A DNA stretch of 64,000 nucleotides from an uncultured bacterium (GCA_963822585.1 CAWGIE010000036.1:1-64000); one strand, 5' to 3'. Positions 50,851 through 62,358 are shown, numbered from the stretch's first letter. Notes: generated by a model not told the origin, from the letters alone. Translations and numbers: made by a program.

Positions 50851-51708
50851 TTAGTAGCTCATCTCCAGCCAGCAGATGAAATCGGCCAGCGTCGGCCAGG
50901 ACATCTGGTAATCGGCGGCATCGATCCGGACCAGGTTGATCTCCTGGCTCAGATCTTTTACCACCCGGTCCTGGTTATAGGCCGAGAAAGACGAGTGATC
51001 CCAGGGGATACACTCCCCCTGGCCGCATTCGGGGGATTTAGCGACCACCTTGCCCAGGACCCTCCGGCTGCAGAGAAGGATCAGGTGGTCGGGGTGCTCC
51101 CTGACGTGGAAATGGACGTGGCCGGCAATGTCCAGCCCCTCCCGGAAGACGGTCTGGAAGACCTGGTTGGCCAGGGCCCGGGAGGTGAGGGAGAAATGGG
51201 GCTTGCGGTAGTAGAGCTTCGCCCTCTTGAAGCCGAAACGCGGTTTTTTCATCGCGAAGCGAAGAACGGATTTCAGGTGCTGGAAAGCGAAGGGCTTCCG
51301 TAAAAAACCCCTGATACCGAGATCGAGGGCCCGCTTCCGCTCGGTCAGGGGAAGGTCATAAGCGGACATCAGCATGACCGGGGTCTGGCGCCCCTCTTCC
51401 CGGAGGCGCTGGCAGATGTCGATCCCGTCCAGCCCCGGAAGCTGGTTGTCCAGGATGATGGCGTCGGGCGATTCCTCCAACGCCAGCTTGAGTCCTTCGT
51501 CTCCCCGTTCCGCCTGGAGGACGCGGTAGCCGAGAAGACCGAAGTAACGGGTGATGACCTGCCGGTTGAGGGGCTCGTCCTCGACGATTAGGATCGACTT
51601 GCCGGGAGCCCCGCGGCGTGGTTGATACCCCTCCCGGGAAACGGCATCAAGCCGGGCGGCACCGGTTTCCTCGGCCGGGACGATGGGGATTCTCTTGCCC
51701 TCGCTCAT
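50851..51708 (-). CDS. response regulator: receiver + unrecognised C-terminal domain
   Basis: ILIVEDE, IILDNQLPGLDG, MSA and KPF; about 130-aa unknown output domain. Confidence 0.85.
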   Translation of the reverse strand: MSEGKRIPIVPAEETGAARLDAVSREGYQPRRGAPGKSILIVEDEPLNRQVITRYFGLLGYRVLQAERGDEGLKLALEESPDAIILDNQLPGLDGIDICQRLREEGRQTPVMLMSAYDLPLTERKRALDLGIRGFLRKPFAFQHLKSVLRFAMKKPRFGFKRAKLYYRKPHFSLTSRALANQVFQTVFREGLDIAGHVHFHVREHPDHLILLCSRRVLGKVVAKSPECGQGECIPWDHSSFSAYNQDRVVKDLSQEINLVRIDAADYQMSWPTLADFICWLEMSY

Positions 51709-51713
51709 CCTTT

Positions 51714-52193
51714 TCAATTCCTGGCGATCGCGATCTTCCCGGTCCTGACCAGTTCCTTCACCCCGTAGCGGACCAGCAGATCCAGGATCGCCTTGATTTT
51801 CTCGGCTGTTCCGGTAACTTCCAGTACCAGGCTGGCGGCCGAGACATCGACCACCCGGGCGCGGAAGATCTGGGCGATTTCCAGTATCTCCGAGCGGGTC
51901 TTCGCCGTCGTTTTGACCTTGACCATGATCAGCTCCCGGTCGACTGATTCGCCGCTGGAGAATTCCTGGATCTTGATGACGTTGATCAGCTTGTTCAGCT
52001 GCTTCTCGACCTGTTCCATGATCTGGGGCGTGTCCTGATCATCGACCACGATCGTCATCCGGGAGATGGACGGGTCCATGGTCTCGCCGACCGCGAGACT
52101 GGTGATATTGAAGCCCCGGCCGGAGAAGAGCCCCGCCACCCGGGCCAGAACACCGAACTGATTTTCAACCAGAACCGAAATCGTGTGCCTCAT
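51714..52193 (-). CDS. ilvN: acetolactate synthase small subunit
   Basis: VENQFGVLARVAGLFSGRGFNI; VRTG. Confidence 0.96.
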   Translation of the reverse strand: MRHTISVLVENQFGVLARVAGLFSGRGFNITSLAVGETMDPSISRMTIVVDDQDTPQIMEQVEKQLNKLINVIKIQEFSSGESVDRELIMVKVKTTAKTRSEILEIAQIFRARVVDVSAASLVLEVTGTAEKIKAILDLLVRYGVKELVRTGKIAIARN

Positions 52194-52451
52194 ATTTTTT
52201 TCCTCCGGAAAAAAATAGATTATTTTTCGTTCAATGTATTATGAATAGCAACCTCGTTGATACGGCAACAGTACTCGGTTTTTCTTCTCCGCAAGGACAA
52301 CGTATGATTCTTCCTATTAACGCAGCCGGGAGAAATAGACTTTTGTCTGTAATTCACTGCCGACAAATTTAATAAAATCAATACTTTTTGTACAGATGCT
52401 CATTTAATCATGGTCATGGTTAAAACGATTATTTTTGCGCAGCAAAAATAA

Positions 52452-54116
52452 TCAGGCCATTCCACTCATCATCTGGCGGATGGAGACCCCGACCGGCACC
52501 ATCGGCCAGACATTCTCCTCCCGGGAGACCTGGAAATCCATCATGACCGGACCTTTGTACTGGAGGGCCTCCTCCAGGGCCGGAACCACCTCTTTCTTCT
52601 TTTTAACCCGAATTCCGCGGGCGCCGTAGGCCTCGGCCAGCTTCACGAAGTCGGGGTTCCCGATCAGTTCGGTCCCGGCGTAATTCTTCTTGTAGAAAAT
52701 CTCCTGCCACTGCCGCACCATCCCCAGGTACCCGTTGTTCAGGATCGCCACCTTGACGGGGAGATTGTTGGTAACCGCGGTCGCCAGCTCCTGGATATTC
52801 ATCTGGATGCTCCCGTCGCCGGCGATATCGAAGACAATCCGGTCGGGACAGGCGACCTGGGCCCCGATCGCCGCCGGGAAACCGTACCCCATGGTCCCCA
52901 GACCTCCGGAAGAGAGGAATGTCCGCGGTTCGGTGAAGGTATAGAACTGGGCGGTCCACATCTGGTTCTGCCCAACTTCCGTGCAGATGACGGCGCGGCC
53001 CTCCGTCACCTTGCAGATCTGCTCGATAACGTACTGGGGCGGGATCGGACCGGCATCCCGGTAGGTCAGGGGGAACTTCTTCTTCCACTCCTTGATCTGC
53101 TTGAGCCAGGGGCCACAGCTCCCGGGCTTGACGATCTTGTTCAGTTCTCTCAAGACCAGCCGGACGTCCCCGACCACCGGGATATCAACGCGCACGTTCT
53201 TCTTCAGCGAGGTGGGGTCGATGTCGATGTGCGCGATCTGGGCATGGGGGGCAAACTCGCTGATCTTGCCGGTAATCCGGTCATCGAACCGGGCGCCCAC
53301 GGCAATGATCAGATCGGCATCCATGATGCTGTAGTTGGCGTACTGGGTGCCGTGCATCCCCAGCATCCCCAGTGAGAGAGGGCTCGTCTCGGGGTATACG
53401 CCCAGGGCCATCAGCGTGGTGGTCACCGGGATGGAGCACCGGTCGGCCAGTTTCCGGACTTCTTCGGCCGCGCCGGCCGCGATCGCGCCCCCCCCGACGT
53501 AGAGAACCGGCTGCCGGGCCTGCTTGATCGCCTGGGCCAGCTTCTCGATCTGCCGGGGGTGGCCGTGATAGACCGGGCTGTACCCGGGGATATTCACCTT
53601 TTTCGGATAGGACTGCGAACTCTGCGCCTGCTGGATATCTTTCGGCAGATCGACCAGCACCGGGCCGGGACGGCCGGTGGCGGCGATGTGGAAAGCCTCC
53701 TTGATGACGCGCGGGAGTTCGTCGACATCGGTAACCAGGAAATTGTGTTTGGTAATCGGCCGGGTGATGCCGACGATGTCCGCTTCCTGGAAAGCGTCGT
53801 TGCCGATCATCGAGGTGGGGACCTGGCCGGTAAAGGCCACCATGGGGATGGAGTCCATGTAGGCGGTGGCGATGCCGGTGACCAGGTTGGTCGCTCCCGG
53901 TCCGGAGGTGGCGAGACAGACCCCCACCCTGCCCGAGGCGCGGGCGTACCCGTCGGCGGCATGGGCGGCGCCCTGCTCGTGCCGGGTCAGGATAAACCTG
54001 ATCGGGAATTTCTTCAATTCGTCGAAGATATCGATCACCGCTCCGCCCGGATACCCGAAAATAACTTCAACCCCTTCCTTGACCAGGCAATCGATCAGCA
54101 GTTTGGCTCCTTTCAT
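52452..54116 (-). CDS. ilvB: acetolactate synthase large subunit
   Basis: [20 protein letters not shown] and GDGS..MN motifs. Confidence 0.97.
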   Translation of the reverse strand: MKGAKLLIDCLVKEGVEVIFGYPGGAVIDIFDELKKFPIRFILTRHEQGAAHAADGYARASGRVGVCLATSGPGATNLVTGIATAYMDSIPMVAFTGQVPTSMIGNDAFQEADIVGITRPITKHNFLVTDVDELPRVIKEAFHIAATGRPGPVLVDLPKDIQQAQSSQSYPKKVNIPGYSPVYHGHPRQIEKLAQAIKQARQPVLYVGGGAIAAGAAEEVRKLADRCSIPVTTTLMALGVYPETSPLSLGMLGMHGTQYANYSIMDADLIIAVGARFDDRITGKISEFAPHAQIAHIDIDPTSLKKNVRVDIPVVGDVRLVLRELNKIVKPGSCGPWLKQIKEWKKKFPLTYRDAGPIPPQYVIEQICKVTEGRAVICTEVGQNQMWTAQFYTFTEPRTFLSSGGLGTMGYGFPAAIGAQVACPDRIVFDIAGDGSIQMNIQELATAVTNNLPVKVAILNNGYLGMVRQWQEIFYKKNYAGTELIGNPDFVKLAEAYGARGIRVKKKKEVVPALEEALQYKGPVMMDFQVSREENVWPMVPVGVSIRQMMSGMA

Positions 54117-54335
54117 CGTATTATTTTCTCCGAAAATAATAGTTTTTCAATTTTCCTCCGGAAAATTGAAATAGTTCAGTCTGTAATAATTTTTATTCGC
54201 GGTCCAATCAATTGACAGTTCAAAATCTAACCGCTTGCAGCTTCCCGAATACCGATCACTGATTACTGATTATCGGAGCAAAGCGGAGATCCCGATGCCC
54301 TGACAACGTCAGGGCTTTTCGGGACCGGTCACCGA

Positions 54336-56029
54336 TTATTTTACCACAAGTACCGCTCCGTCCGAAGCGGATCGTCACCTGGGCCGCGTACCGGGCCAGG
54401 TAACCGGTCAGCTTCTTCACCGGCGCCTTCCAAGACCTCCGGCGCGCCGCCAGTTCCTTCTTCGTCAGCGCGACCTGCAGGAGACGCCCCGGGATGTCAA
54501 GGGTGATCTTGTCACCGTCCCGGATCAGGGCGATCGGCCCTCCGGCGGCCGCCTCGGGGGAGACATGCCCCACGCAGGGTCCCTTGGTCCCCCCGGAGAA
54601 CCTCCCGTCGGTGATCAGGGCCACCGACTCTCCCATCCCCATCCCGACAATGGCCGAGGTCAGCGAGAGCATCTCCCGCATCCCCGGGCCGCCGCGGGGA
54701 CCCTCGTAGCGGATCACCACCACCGTCCCTTTCCTGATCGTCGCCCTTCATCAACGCCCGCATCCCCGCTTCTTCGGAATCAAAGACCCGGGCGATGCCG
54801 GTGAAACACCGGACCGAAGGGGCGACGGCGCTCTGCTTGATCACCGCCCCTTCCGGGGCCAGGTTGCCGAAAAGAATCGCGATGCCCCCTTCCTTATTAT
54901 ACGCCCGGTCCGGGAGCCGGATCACCTCCGGGTCCAGGATACGGGTCCGGCGGGTGATCTCTGCCCAGCCCGGACCGTTGACCGTCATCACGTCGTGAAC
55001 CCGGGTCCCCAGGGCCTTCATGACCGCCGGGATGCCTCCGGCCCGGTCCAGATCTTCCATCATGTTCTCTCCGCCCGGACGCATGTTCGCCAGATGAGGG
55101 GTATGCCGGCTGATCCGGTCGAACTGCGAAAGGGAAAGGCCGATCTCGAGTTCATGGGCCAGCGCCATCAGGTGAAGGACGGTATTACTGGACCCCCCCA
55201 GCGCCATATCGACGGCGATGCCGTTCTCCAGGGCGCGGCGGGTCATGATATCGCGGGCGCGGACCCCCTCTTCGATCAGGGAGACGATCCGCCGGCCGCT
55301 CCGGTAGGCGATCCGCTTCTTGTCCGCCGAGACGGCCGGCGCCGTGGCGCATCCGCTCAGGCTCATGCCCATCGCCTCGGTGATACAGGCCATCGTGTTG
55401 GCGGTGTACATGCCCTGGCAGGAACCGGCGCCGGGACAGGCCCGCAGCTCCAGCTCCCGGACCGACGCCTCGCTGATCTGCCCCGCCTGCGCCCTCCCGA
55501 TCGCTTCGAATGTGTCCCTGACCAGGGAGAGCCGGCGGTCGTTGTAGTGGCCGGCCAGCATCGGCCCGGCGGTGACCGCGATGGCGGGTATGTTCAGCCG
55601 GGCCGCGGCCATCAGCATCCCGGGGGTGATCTTGTCGCAGTTGGTGAGCAGAACCAGACCGTCCAGCGCGTGTCCCTGGGTAACCATCTCGATCATGTCC
55701 GCGATCAACCCCCGGGTGGGCAGGGAACAGAACATCCCCGGGTGGCCCATGGCGATGCCGTCGCAGATGCCGGGAACGGAAAAGAGGAAAGGTCTCCCCC
55801 CGCCGGCGTAAACGCCGTTCTCGATCGCCCGCTCCAGGTCCCTCATCCCCACGTGGCCGGGGATGAGATCGGTGAAGCTGGACACGACTCCGACATAGGG
55901 CTTGGCCAGGTCATCCGGATCAACCCCGGTGGCGTACATCAGGCACCGGTGAGGAGCCCGTTCCAGTCCGATCTTGGTGGCGTTACTGCGTAAAGCACGG
56001 GATTTCTTCTTCTGTTTCCGGGCGGTCAT
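54336..56029 (-). CDS. ilvD: dihydroxy-acid dehydratase (two +1 frameshifts near 54742 and 54372)
   Basis: [28 protein letters not shown] and TDGRFSG; removing two single bases restores ...[13 protein letters not shown]. Confidence 0.93.
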
Positions 56030-56341
56030 GGGGATCACTCCTTTCTGCATTGTATGATCTTACCGGATTTGAATAAAACAAAAAGACAAATATCAGGCAA
56101 TAAAATAATACCGGAGTAATCGGGATGTAAACTAAATATGCATACCAGAGAATCAGGGGACCAGTGGGAAGGATATCAGAAGATCAGGTTATCAGGCGTT
56201 GTGGGCCCCCCTAACTGATCCCCTGAGATCCTGATATTCTCCCCACTAATACGCTGATAACCTGATACCCACTTTGGAGGTAATCATCCTATCTATTCAA
56301 TTCCCGAACTTTTCTTGAATAAATAGTTAGCGCCAAAGGCG

Positions 56342-57469
56342 CTACGTACCATCTTTATACACCCTCGAAACTCTCTTGCCCAGCTGGGCGAGAACCTCGT
56401 AAGAAATGGTGCCGATCCGTTCGGCGGCCTCTTCGGCGGTGATCCGGTCGCCGCCCTGTTCCCCGATCAGGACCGCCCCATCCCCCACCGCCACCCCTTC
56501 GATCCCCCCCACGTCGACCATAATCTGATCCATGGTGACGATGCCGATAATCGGGGCCCGTTTCCCCCGGATCAGCACCTCTCCCCGGTTGGAGTGCGCG
56601 CGGCTGAAACCGTCTCCGTATCCGATCGGCAGCGTGGCCACCCGGGTTTTCTTCTTAGCCGTGTACGTCATCCCGTAGCTGATGGTCCGGCCCGGCTCGA
56701 CGGTCTTCAGGTACGCCACCCGGGTCTTCAAACTCAAGGCCGGTTTGAGCTCAATTTTTTCCTGCAGGTGGCGGGCCGGGTAAACCCCGTAAATCATGAT
56801 CCCCGGGCGGACCATGTCCAGCCGGGACTCCTTGAGATCGATCAGGGCGCCGCTGTTGGCGATATGTCTGAGGGGGATCTCGACCCCTCTCTTCCCGATC
56901 TCCGCCGCCACCTTGAGAAAACGTTTCAGCTGGAGAGCGGTGAACCGGTGGGAGGGATCGTCGGCGGCGGCGAAGTGAGACGCCAACCCCTGCAGGTTGA
57001 TTCCTTTCACGCGGGATATTTTTTCCAGGAAAGGGAGACAGTTCTCGTGCCAGACGCCGATCCGGCCCATCCCGGTATCGACCATCACATGGACATCGGC
57101 TTTCTTCCCGGCGCAGAGAGCGGCCTGGGCCAAGTCCCGCGCGATCTCCAGAGAGCAGACCACGGGGGTGAGATTATTGCGGACAATGTGTTCGGAATGG
57201 CCGCGCATGCCCGAGCTGAGAATCAGGATCGGGGCATCGGGGAAAAATGCCCGAAGTTCCAGCGCTTCCTTGACGTGGGAGACCCCCAGCCATTCCGCTC
57301 CCGCGGCCAGGGCCGCCCGGGAGACGGGCATCACCCCATGGCCGTAGGCATCGGCCTTGACACTGACCAGGATCCTGGCCTTCCGGCCGATCAGTTTCCG
57401 GATCTGCCTGATGTTGAACTCGATCGCCCCGAGATCGATCTCGGCCCAGGTTTTGAAAAGAGTATACAT
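56342..57469 (-). CDS. alr: alanine racemase
   Basis: VKADAYGHG, DTGMGRIG, RPGIMIYG and GYGDG motifs. Confidence 0.96.
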   Translation of the reverse strand: MYTLFKTWAEIDLGAIEFNIRQIRKLIGRKARILVSVKADAYGHGVMPVSRAALAAGAEWLGVSHVKEALELRAFFPDAPILILSSGMRGHSEHIVRNNLTPVVCSLEIARDLAQAALCAGKKADVHVMVDTGMGRIGVWHENCLPFLEKISRVKGINLQGLASHFAAADDPSHRFTALQLKRFLKVAAEIGKRGVEIPLRHIANSGALIDLKESRLDMVRPGIMIYGVYPARHLQEKIELKPALSLKTRVAYLKTVEPGRTISYGMTYTAKKKTRVATLPIGYGDGFSRAHSNRGEVLIRGKRAPIIGIVTMDQIMVDVGGIEGVAVGDGAVLIGEQGGDRITAEEAAERIGTISYEVLAQLGKRVSRVYKDGT

Positions 57470-57728
57470 ATAAATCAGCTCTCTTCGGTCGCTAATTTAT
57501 GCAGGAACGTCCTTTACTTCGTAAAGGACTTGTAGGAAATGCAGTAAATGTAGTATCGCCTTGCCGAGGGCAAGGCTTGCTGAACTGCAAGCGAAGCGAT
57601 CCTACAACTCCTACAAAGAATGCCGGAGGCATTCTGATCCTACAAGTCCTTTCGCGAAAGCGAAAGAACGATCATACACTTCCTGATTTATCTTTTGGCA
57701 TTTCCGATAGAAGAAAGCGGCCTGGTAT

Positions 57729-58394
57729 TCACTGCTTTTTTTTATTCCAGTACTCGCTTAAATAGATCGGCTCGGCGGGAGGGGTTTCGATCCCTTCCCG
57801 CAGCCGTTCCTCCGCCAGTATAGCAATCCATTCCGCCCGGGGAAAACTCTTTTCCCAGGGGGCGCCGCCGATCTTCCCTGCGGCGGCATCTCTGAAGGCC
57901 GGGATCCGGTCCCGGTCGGGGGTGACGATCAGAGCATCCCGGCAAAACTCCTCGATCTCCCGGACCTGAACAACCCGGGGAGGAATCAGCTCCTCCACCG
58001 CGGGACCGTCCTTCCGATATCGGGCGCCGTAGATCCGTCCCCGTCCTCCGTCAAGGAGCGCGACAACGACCCCCTCCCGGAGAGAGATCCCCCGGACCAT
58101 GGCCGGGAAACTGCCGATCCCGGCCAGGGGGATTGAACAGCCGCAGGCGAGCCCCCGGGCGGCGGCCAGTCCGACCCTGATCCCGGTAAAGGACCCCGGG
58201 CCAAGCCCGGCGCCGATCCCTTCCAGATCGCCGACGCTCCAGCCGGCCCCGTCGAGAAGATCGTCCAGAATCGGGATCAGGAGCGCGGAGTGGCTGAGAT
58301 GCGTATCGATGGTGGCCCGGGCCTTTATCCCGCCGTCTTCGACCAGGGCCAGACTGCCGGCGGCGGTCGATGTCTCAATGCCCAACACTTTCAT
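57729..58394 (-). CDS. tsaB: tRNA t6A modification protein
   Basis: LGIETS and GPGSFTGIRVG motifs. Confidence 0.92.
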   Translation of the reverse strand: MKVLGIETSTAAGSLALVEDGGIKARATIDTHLSHSALLIPILDDLLDGAGWSVGDLEGIGAGLGPGSFTGIRVGLAAARGLACGCSIPLAGIGSFPAMVRGISLREGVVVALLDGGRGRIYGARYRKDGPAVEELIPPRVVQVREIEEFCRDALIVTPDRDRIPAFRDAAAGKIGGAPWEKSFPRAEWIAILAEERLREGIETPPAEPIYLSEYWNKKKQ

Positions 58395-58398
58395 AATA

Positions 58399-58824
58399 TT
58401 ATTTTTCCTTTGGAAAAATAATAGTGATTTTTCTTGTCATCTCATCGAGGCAGTCGAGCGCGATATTGATTGTCCGGGCCGGAAGCATGTCATCGAGCTT
58501 TTCGGCCCATTCGACCGCGCTCACCCCCTCCCCCTCCAGATACTCCTCCAGTCCCAGCAGGCCGATCTCCGGACCCGGCTGCAGCCGGTAAAGATCGATG
58601 TGATAGAGCGGCAGCCGACCCCGGTATTCCCGGACCAGGACAAACGTGGGAGAGGTCACATACTTCTCCCGTACCCCCAGTCCTTCCGCGCAGCCCTGGA
58701 CAAAACAGGTCTTGCCCGACCCCAGAGGCCCCCGGAGGGCCAGGACGTCGCCCGGTTTAAGACGTGCGGCAATTTTCGCCGCCAGTTCTTTGGTTTCTTC
58801 CGGGTTGTTAGTTGTATAGATCAT
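58399..58824 (-). CDS. tsaE: tRNA t6A ATPase
   Basis: GPLGSGKT, SPTF, HIDLYRL and VEWA motifs. Confidence 0.95.
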   Translation of the reverse strand: MIYTTNNPEETKELAAKIAARLKPGDVLALRGPLGSGKTCFVQGCAEGLGVREKYVTSPTFVLVREYRGRLPLYHIDLYRLQPGPEIGLLGLEEYLEGEGVSAVEWAEKLDDMLPARTINIALDCLDEMTRKITIIFPKEK

Positions 58825-58962
58825 GACAAATCAGTAATCGGTAATCAGTAATCAGCGGGCCCGGCAACCAGGTCACTGATAACTGATCACCGATCACTGA
58901 TTACTTGTCTTTTGGATCCTCCCGAATTAAGGAGGCTTTTTTACCCTATTGTGACATCTATA

Positions 58963-59889
58963 TTAAAAATGAGTATATCCGGTTTCCGGTAACGGCATGG
59001 TCTCCCCGTCCCGGGTAATCAGCTCCCGCCGTTTTTCATCGGCAATGATTTTCCCGATCGGCGTTACTCTGGTGCCGGGACCGGCGGCGAAGGAATTAAT
59101 CAGCCGGTCTATTTCTCTTTCCGGGAGGGAAAATAACAGCTCGAACTCCTCACCTTGCCCGGCGGCTTTCAGTACGGCCTTCGATCCTTTTTTCCCGGCC
59201 GGACCGGCAACCGGCAAAGCCGCCTCCCCGATCACCGCCCCCACGCGGCTGGCCCGGCAGAGGCGCCCCAGATCGGCGAAGAGACCATCGCTGATATCGA
59301 TCATGGCGGAGGGAGAGGAAGTCTCGACCAGGCAGCGGGCTTCCCGGAGCCGGGGGGTGAAATCGAGGTGCTTGTCCTTCCTTCCCCCCAACTCGCCGGT
59401 CACGCAGATGACGTCCCCGGGCCGCGCGCCGTCGCGAAAAACGCAGCGCTTTTTTTCAACCTCGCCGACCACGGTGACCGTGATCACGATCCCGGAGAGT
59501 GATCGGAAGGTATCTCCCCCGACGATGCCGAGACCGAACTCGTTGGCCAGATCCCTCATCCCCCGGTAGAGTTCCCGGCAGAAGCGGACCGTGATTCCGG
59601 TCGGCAGACCCAGGCCGACAACCGCCCAGAGAGGGGTGCCTCCCATGGCGGCGATGTCGGAGAGGTTGACCGCCAGGGCCTTGCGGCCGATTCGGCGGGC
59701 GCCCGCCCGGCGGCGGAAGTGAATATTTTCGGCGATGGCATCGGTCGCTATCAGCAGATAGTCGTCCTTCTTCCGGCCGCCGACAACGGCGGCGTCATCG
59801 CCGATACCCCTGATTACGCTTTTATCTTCCGGGAGAAGCCGGGCCAGTTCCTCGATCAATCCGAATTCCCCTATTTTTTCTATCTTCAT
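58963..59889 (-). CDS. thiL: thiamine-monophosphate kinase
   Basis: GIGDDAA, NLSDIAAMG, GGDT and DISDGL motifs. Confidence 0.95.
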   Translation of the reverse strand: MKIEKIGEFGLIEELARLLPEDKSVIRGIGDDAAVVGGRKKDDYLLIATDAIAENIHFRRRAGARRIGRKALAVNLSDIAAMGGTPLWAVVGLGLPTGITVRFCRELYRGMRDLANEFGLGIVGGDTFRSLSGIVITVTVVGEVEKKRCVFRDGARPGDVICVTGELGGRKDKHLDFTPRLREARCLVETSSPSAMIDISDGLFADLGRLCRASRVGAVIGEAALPVAGPAGKKGSKAVLKAAGQGEEFELLFSLPEREIDRLINSFAAGPGTRVTPIGKIIADEKRRELITRDGETMPLPETGYTHF

Positions 59890-60019
59890 TTATTTTCCTC
59901 CGGAAAATAAATCCGGGAAATATTATAGTTACCATCTTCGGGTCAAAAAATGTACTATAACTGACTCCCGGGATTTATTAAACAGATATAAAAGAACTTA
60001 GCGGCTTCGGCGCAACCTC

Positions 60020-60072
60020 GTAGCGGCGACCTTCAGGTCGCCACATTATGGCAGCCTGAAGGCTGCCGCTAC
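60020..60072. repeat. GTAG...CTAC REP doublet (REPIN-like)
   Basis: GTAGCGGCGACCTTCAGGTCGCC ... GGCAGCCTGAAGGCTGCCGCTAC. Confidence 0.75.
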
Positions 60073-60126
60073 GACATTTATTGAAATTCTGAAACAGTGC
60101 GTTAAAATTTCTCTCGGTAAGATACA

Positions 60127-60688
60127 ATGCCTTTTACGTTCATCCAGCACGAGATCCCCGGCGTGGTGCTGATCGAATATAAGAAGTTCGACGACAACCG
60201 GGGCTACTTCATGGAGACCTTCCGCGAGAAGGACTTTGCCGCCGCCGGCATCAGCCCTTCCCTTCGTCCAGGACAATTATTCCCACTCGGTCCGGGGGGT
60301 GCTGCGGGGGCTTCACTACCAGCAGGACCCCCGCGCGCAGGGTAAGCTGGTCCTGGTCCTGAAAGGATCGGTCTTCGACGTCGGTGTGGATATCCGGAAG
60401 GGATCGCCGACCTACGGGAAGTGGATCGGGGAGGTCCTCTCCGACGAGAACCGCCGGATGCTCTACCTCCCGCCCGGGATGGCGCACGGGTTCTGCGTGC
60501 TGAGCGAGGAAGTGGATTTCTTCTACAAGGTGACCGCCGATTACGCCCCGGAGACCGACCGGGGGATCATCTGGAACGACCCCGAGATCGGGATCGAGTG
60601 GCCGATCTCCGACCCTATCTTATCTGAAAAAGACAGGATACTCCCCCCCTTCCGGGAGGCCGATAACAACTACGTTTACAAACAGTAA
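60127..60688 (+). CDS. rfbC: dTDP-4-dehydrorhamnose 3,5-epimerase (frameshift near 60260)
   Basis: DNRGYFME | FVQDN.SHS..GVLRGLHYQ, DIRKGSPTYG and AHGF motifs. Confidence 0.92.
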
Positions 60689-60801
60689 TCAGTAAACAGT
60701 AATCGGTAATCAGTGGGCCCGGGCGGCGGAGCACCGATTACTGATTATCGAAGCTAAGCGGAGATACTGAGGCTCACGATGATTATCGGGATTTCGACCG
60801 A

Positions 60802-62358
60802 TTACTGATTACTTTCTTTCCCCAAGGCGGCGGCTTTTCTGACCAGGTCGATGAACTCGGCCCGGTAGCCGTGGCTGTCCTTTCCCCTCCCCGCTTCGGC
60901 CAGATCGAGGACGGTGGCGAAGGTCGCGTCCCCCCGGTACTTCGAATCGCGCAGCAGCATCCCGAAAGAAGCCACCGCGGCCGCGAAGGTGAAGTCGGCA
61001 TCCGCATCCGCGAATGCTTTGCCGGTGTCAACGACCGGGAACTCCAGAAGCCGGCTGGTATCTCCGTCGGGGTCTTTATACCGGAGCTTCAGTGTCATCA
61101 GTTCCCCCTTCCCGACGGGTGGCGCGGGGACGGCCGGACTCTGATATTTGAGGGGATCGACGCCGGGCAGCTCGAGATCGCTCCCCGCCGGGACGATCTC
61201 GTAGAGCGCGGTCACGGTATGGCCGGCGCCGATCTCTCCGGCGTCCTTGGTGTCGTCGTTGAAGTCCTCGGCCCGGAGCATCCGGTTCTCATAGCCGATC
61301 AGCCGGTAGGCCGCCGCTTCGGCCGGGTTGAACTCGACCTGGATCTTGACGTCCTTGGCGATGGTGATTAGCGTTGATCCCATCTCCTCGACCAGGACCT
61401 TTTTCGCCTCCCGGATCGTATCGATGTAGGCGTAGTTCCCGTTCCCCTTGTCGGCCAGCTGCTCGAGCGCGGAGTCCTTGATATTCCCCATCCCGAACCC
61501 GAGGACGGTCAGGAAGATCCCGCTCTTTGCTTTCTTTTCGATCATCCGGACCAGATCTCCCCGGTTGGTGACGCCGACGTTGAAGTCCCCGTCGGTGGCC
61601 AGAATGACCCGGTTGACTCCCCCCTCGATAAAATGCTGAGCGGCGGTATCATACGCGAGCTGGATGCCGGCCCCCCCGTTGGTCGAGCCGCCGGATGCCA
61701 GCTGTTCCAGCGCTTCCATGATCGCCTCCCGGTTATCCCCGGTTGTTGAAGGGAGCACCAGTCCGGAGGCGCCGGCGTAGACGACGATCGCCACCCGGTC
61801 GTTTTCGTTCAGTTGCTCGACCAGCATCTTCATCGCTCTCTTCAAGAGCGGCAGTTTGTTTTCCGGGGACATCGAGCCGGAAACGTCGAGGAGAAAGACC
61901 AGGTTGCTCGCCGGGCGCTGTTCTGCGGGCATCTCCCGGCCCTTGAGACCGATCCTGACCAGCCGGTGTTCCGGGTTCCAGGGACAGCCCGCGACCTCGA
62001 CATCGGCCGAGAAGGGTACATCCCCCTCGGGAGGAGCATAGTTATAATTGAAATAGTTGATCATCTCCTCGATCCGGACCGCGTCTTTGGGGGGCAGGCT
62101 CCCGTTGTCGAGAAACCGCCGCAGGTTGGCGTAGGAGGCGGTATCGACATCGATCGAGAAGGTGGAGAGCGGATTTTGAGTCACTTTTAAAAAGGGGTTA
62201 TCAACGATGTTGTCGTAAGCCTCCGTATCGTGCCCCGGCCAGTAGACTTTGGAGGGATCGTCATGCCAGTCCGCCTGATCCCTGGATATCTCCTCCGGGT
62301 CAATAGAGCCCATCGCTTTCAGATTGGACAATGCCACTAGTTTTGCTTGAGGGAACAT
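60802..62358 (-). CDS. YfbK-like vWA domain protein
   Basis: [34 protein letters not shown] and DAGEIGAGH motifs. Confidence 0.9.
   Translation of the reverse strand: MFPQAKLVALSNLKAMGSIDPEEISRDQADWHDDPSKVYWPGHDTEAYDNIVDNPFLKVTQNPLSTFSIDVDTASYANLRRFLDNGSLPPKDAVRIEEMINYFNYNYAPPEGDVPFSADVEVAGCPWNPEHRLVRIGLKGREMPAEQRPASNLVFLLDVSGSMSPENKLPLLKRAMKMLVEQLNENDRVAIVVYAGASGLVLPSTTGDNREAIMEALEQLASGGSTNGGAGIQLAYDTAAQHFIEGGVNRVILATDGDFNVGVTNRGDLVRMIEKKAKSGIFLTVLGFGMGNIKDSALEQLADKGNGNYAYIDTIREAKKVLVEEMGSTLITIAKDVKIQVEFNPAEAAAYRLIGYENRMLRAEDFNDDTKDAGEIGAGHTVTALYEIVPAGSDLELPGVDPLKYQSPAVPAPPVGKGELMTLKLRYKDPDGDTSRLLEFPVVDTGKAFADADADFTFAAAVASFGMLLRDSKYRGDATFATVLDLAEAGRGKDSHGYRAEFIDLVRKAAALGKESNQ

Noticed and set aside
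54336..54760. Programmed frameshifting in ilvD
   Set aside because: No slippery site; two isolated +1 insertions fit consensus error better.
59890..60126. TPP riboswitch upstream of thiL; T-box or attenuator upstream of ileS and ilvD
   Set aside because: No conserved riboswitch motifs or Leu/Ile/Val-rich leader peptide recognised.
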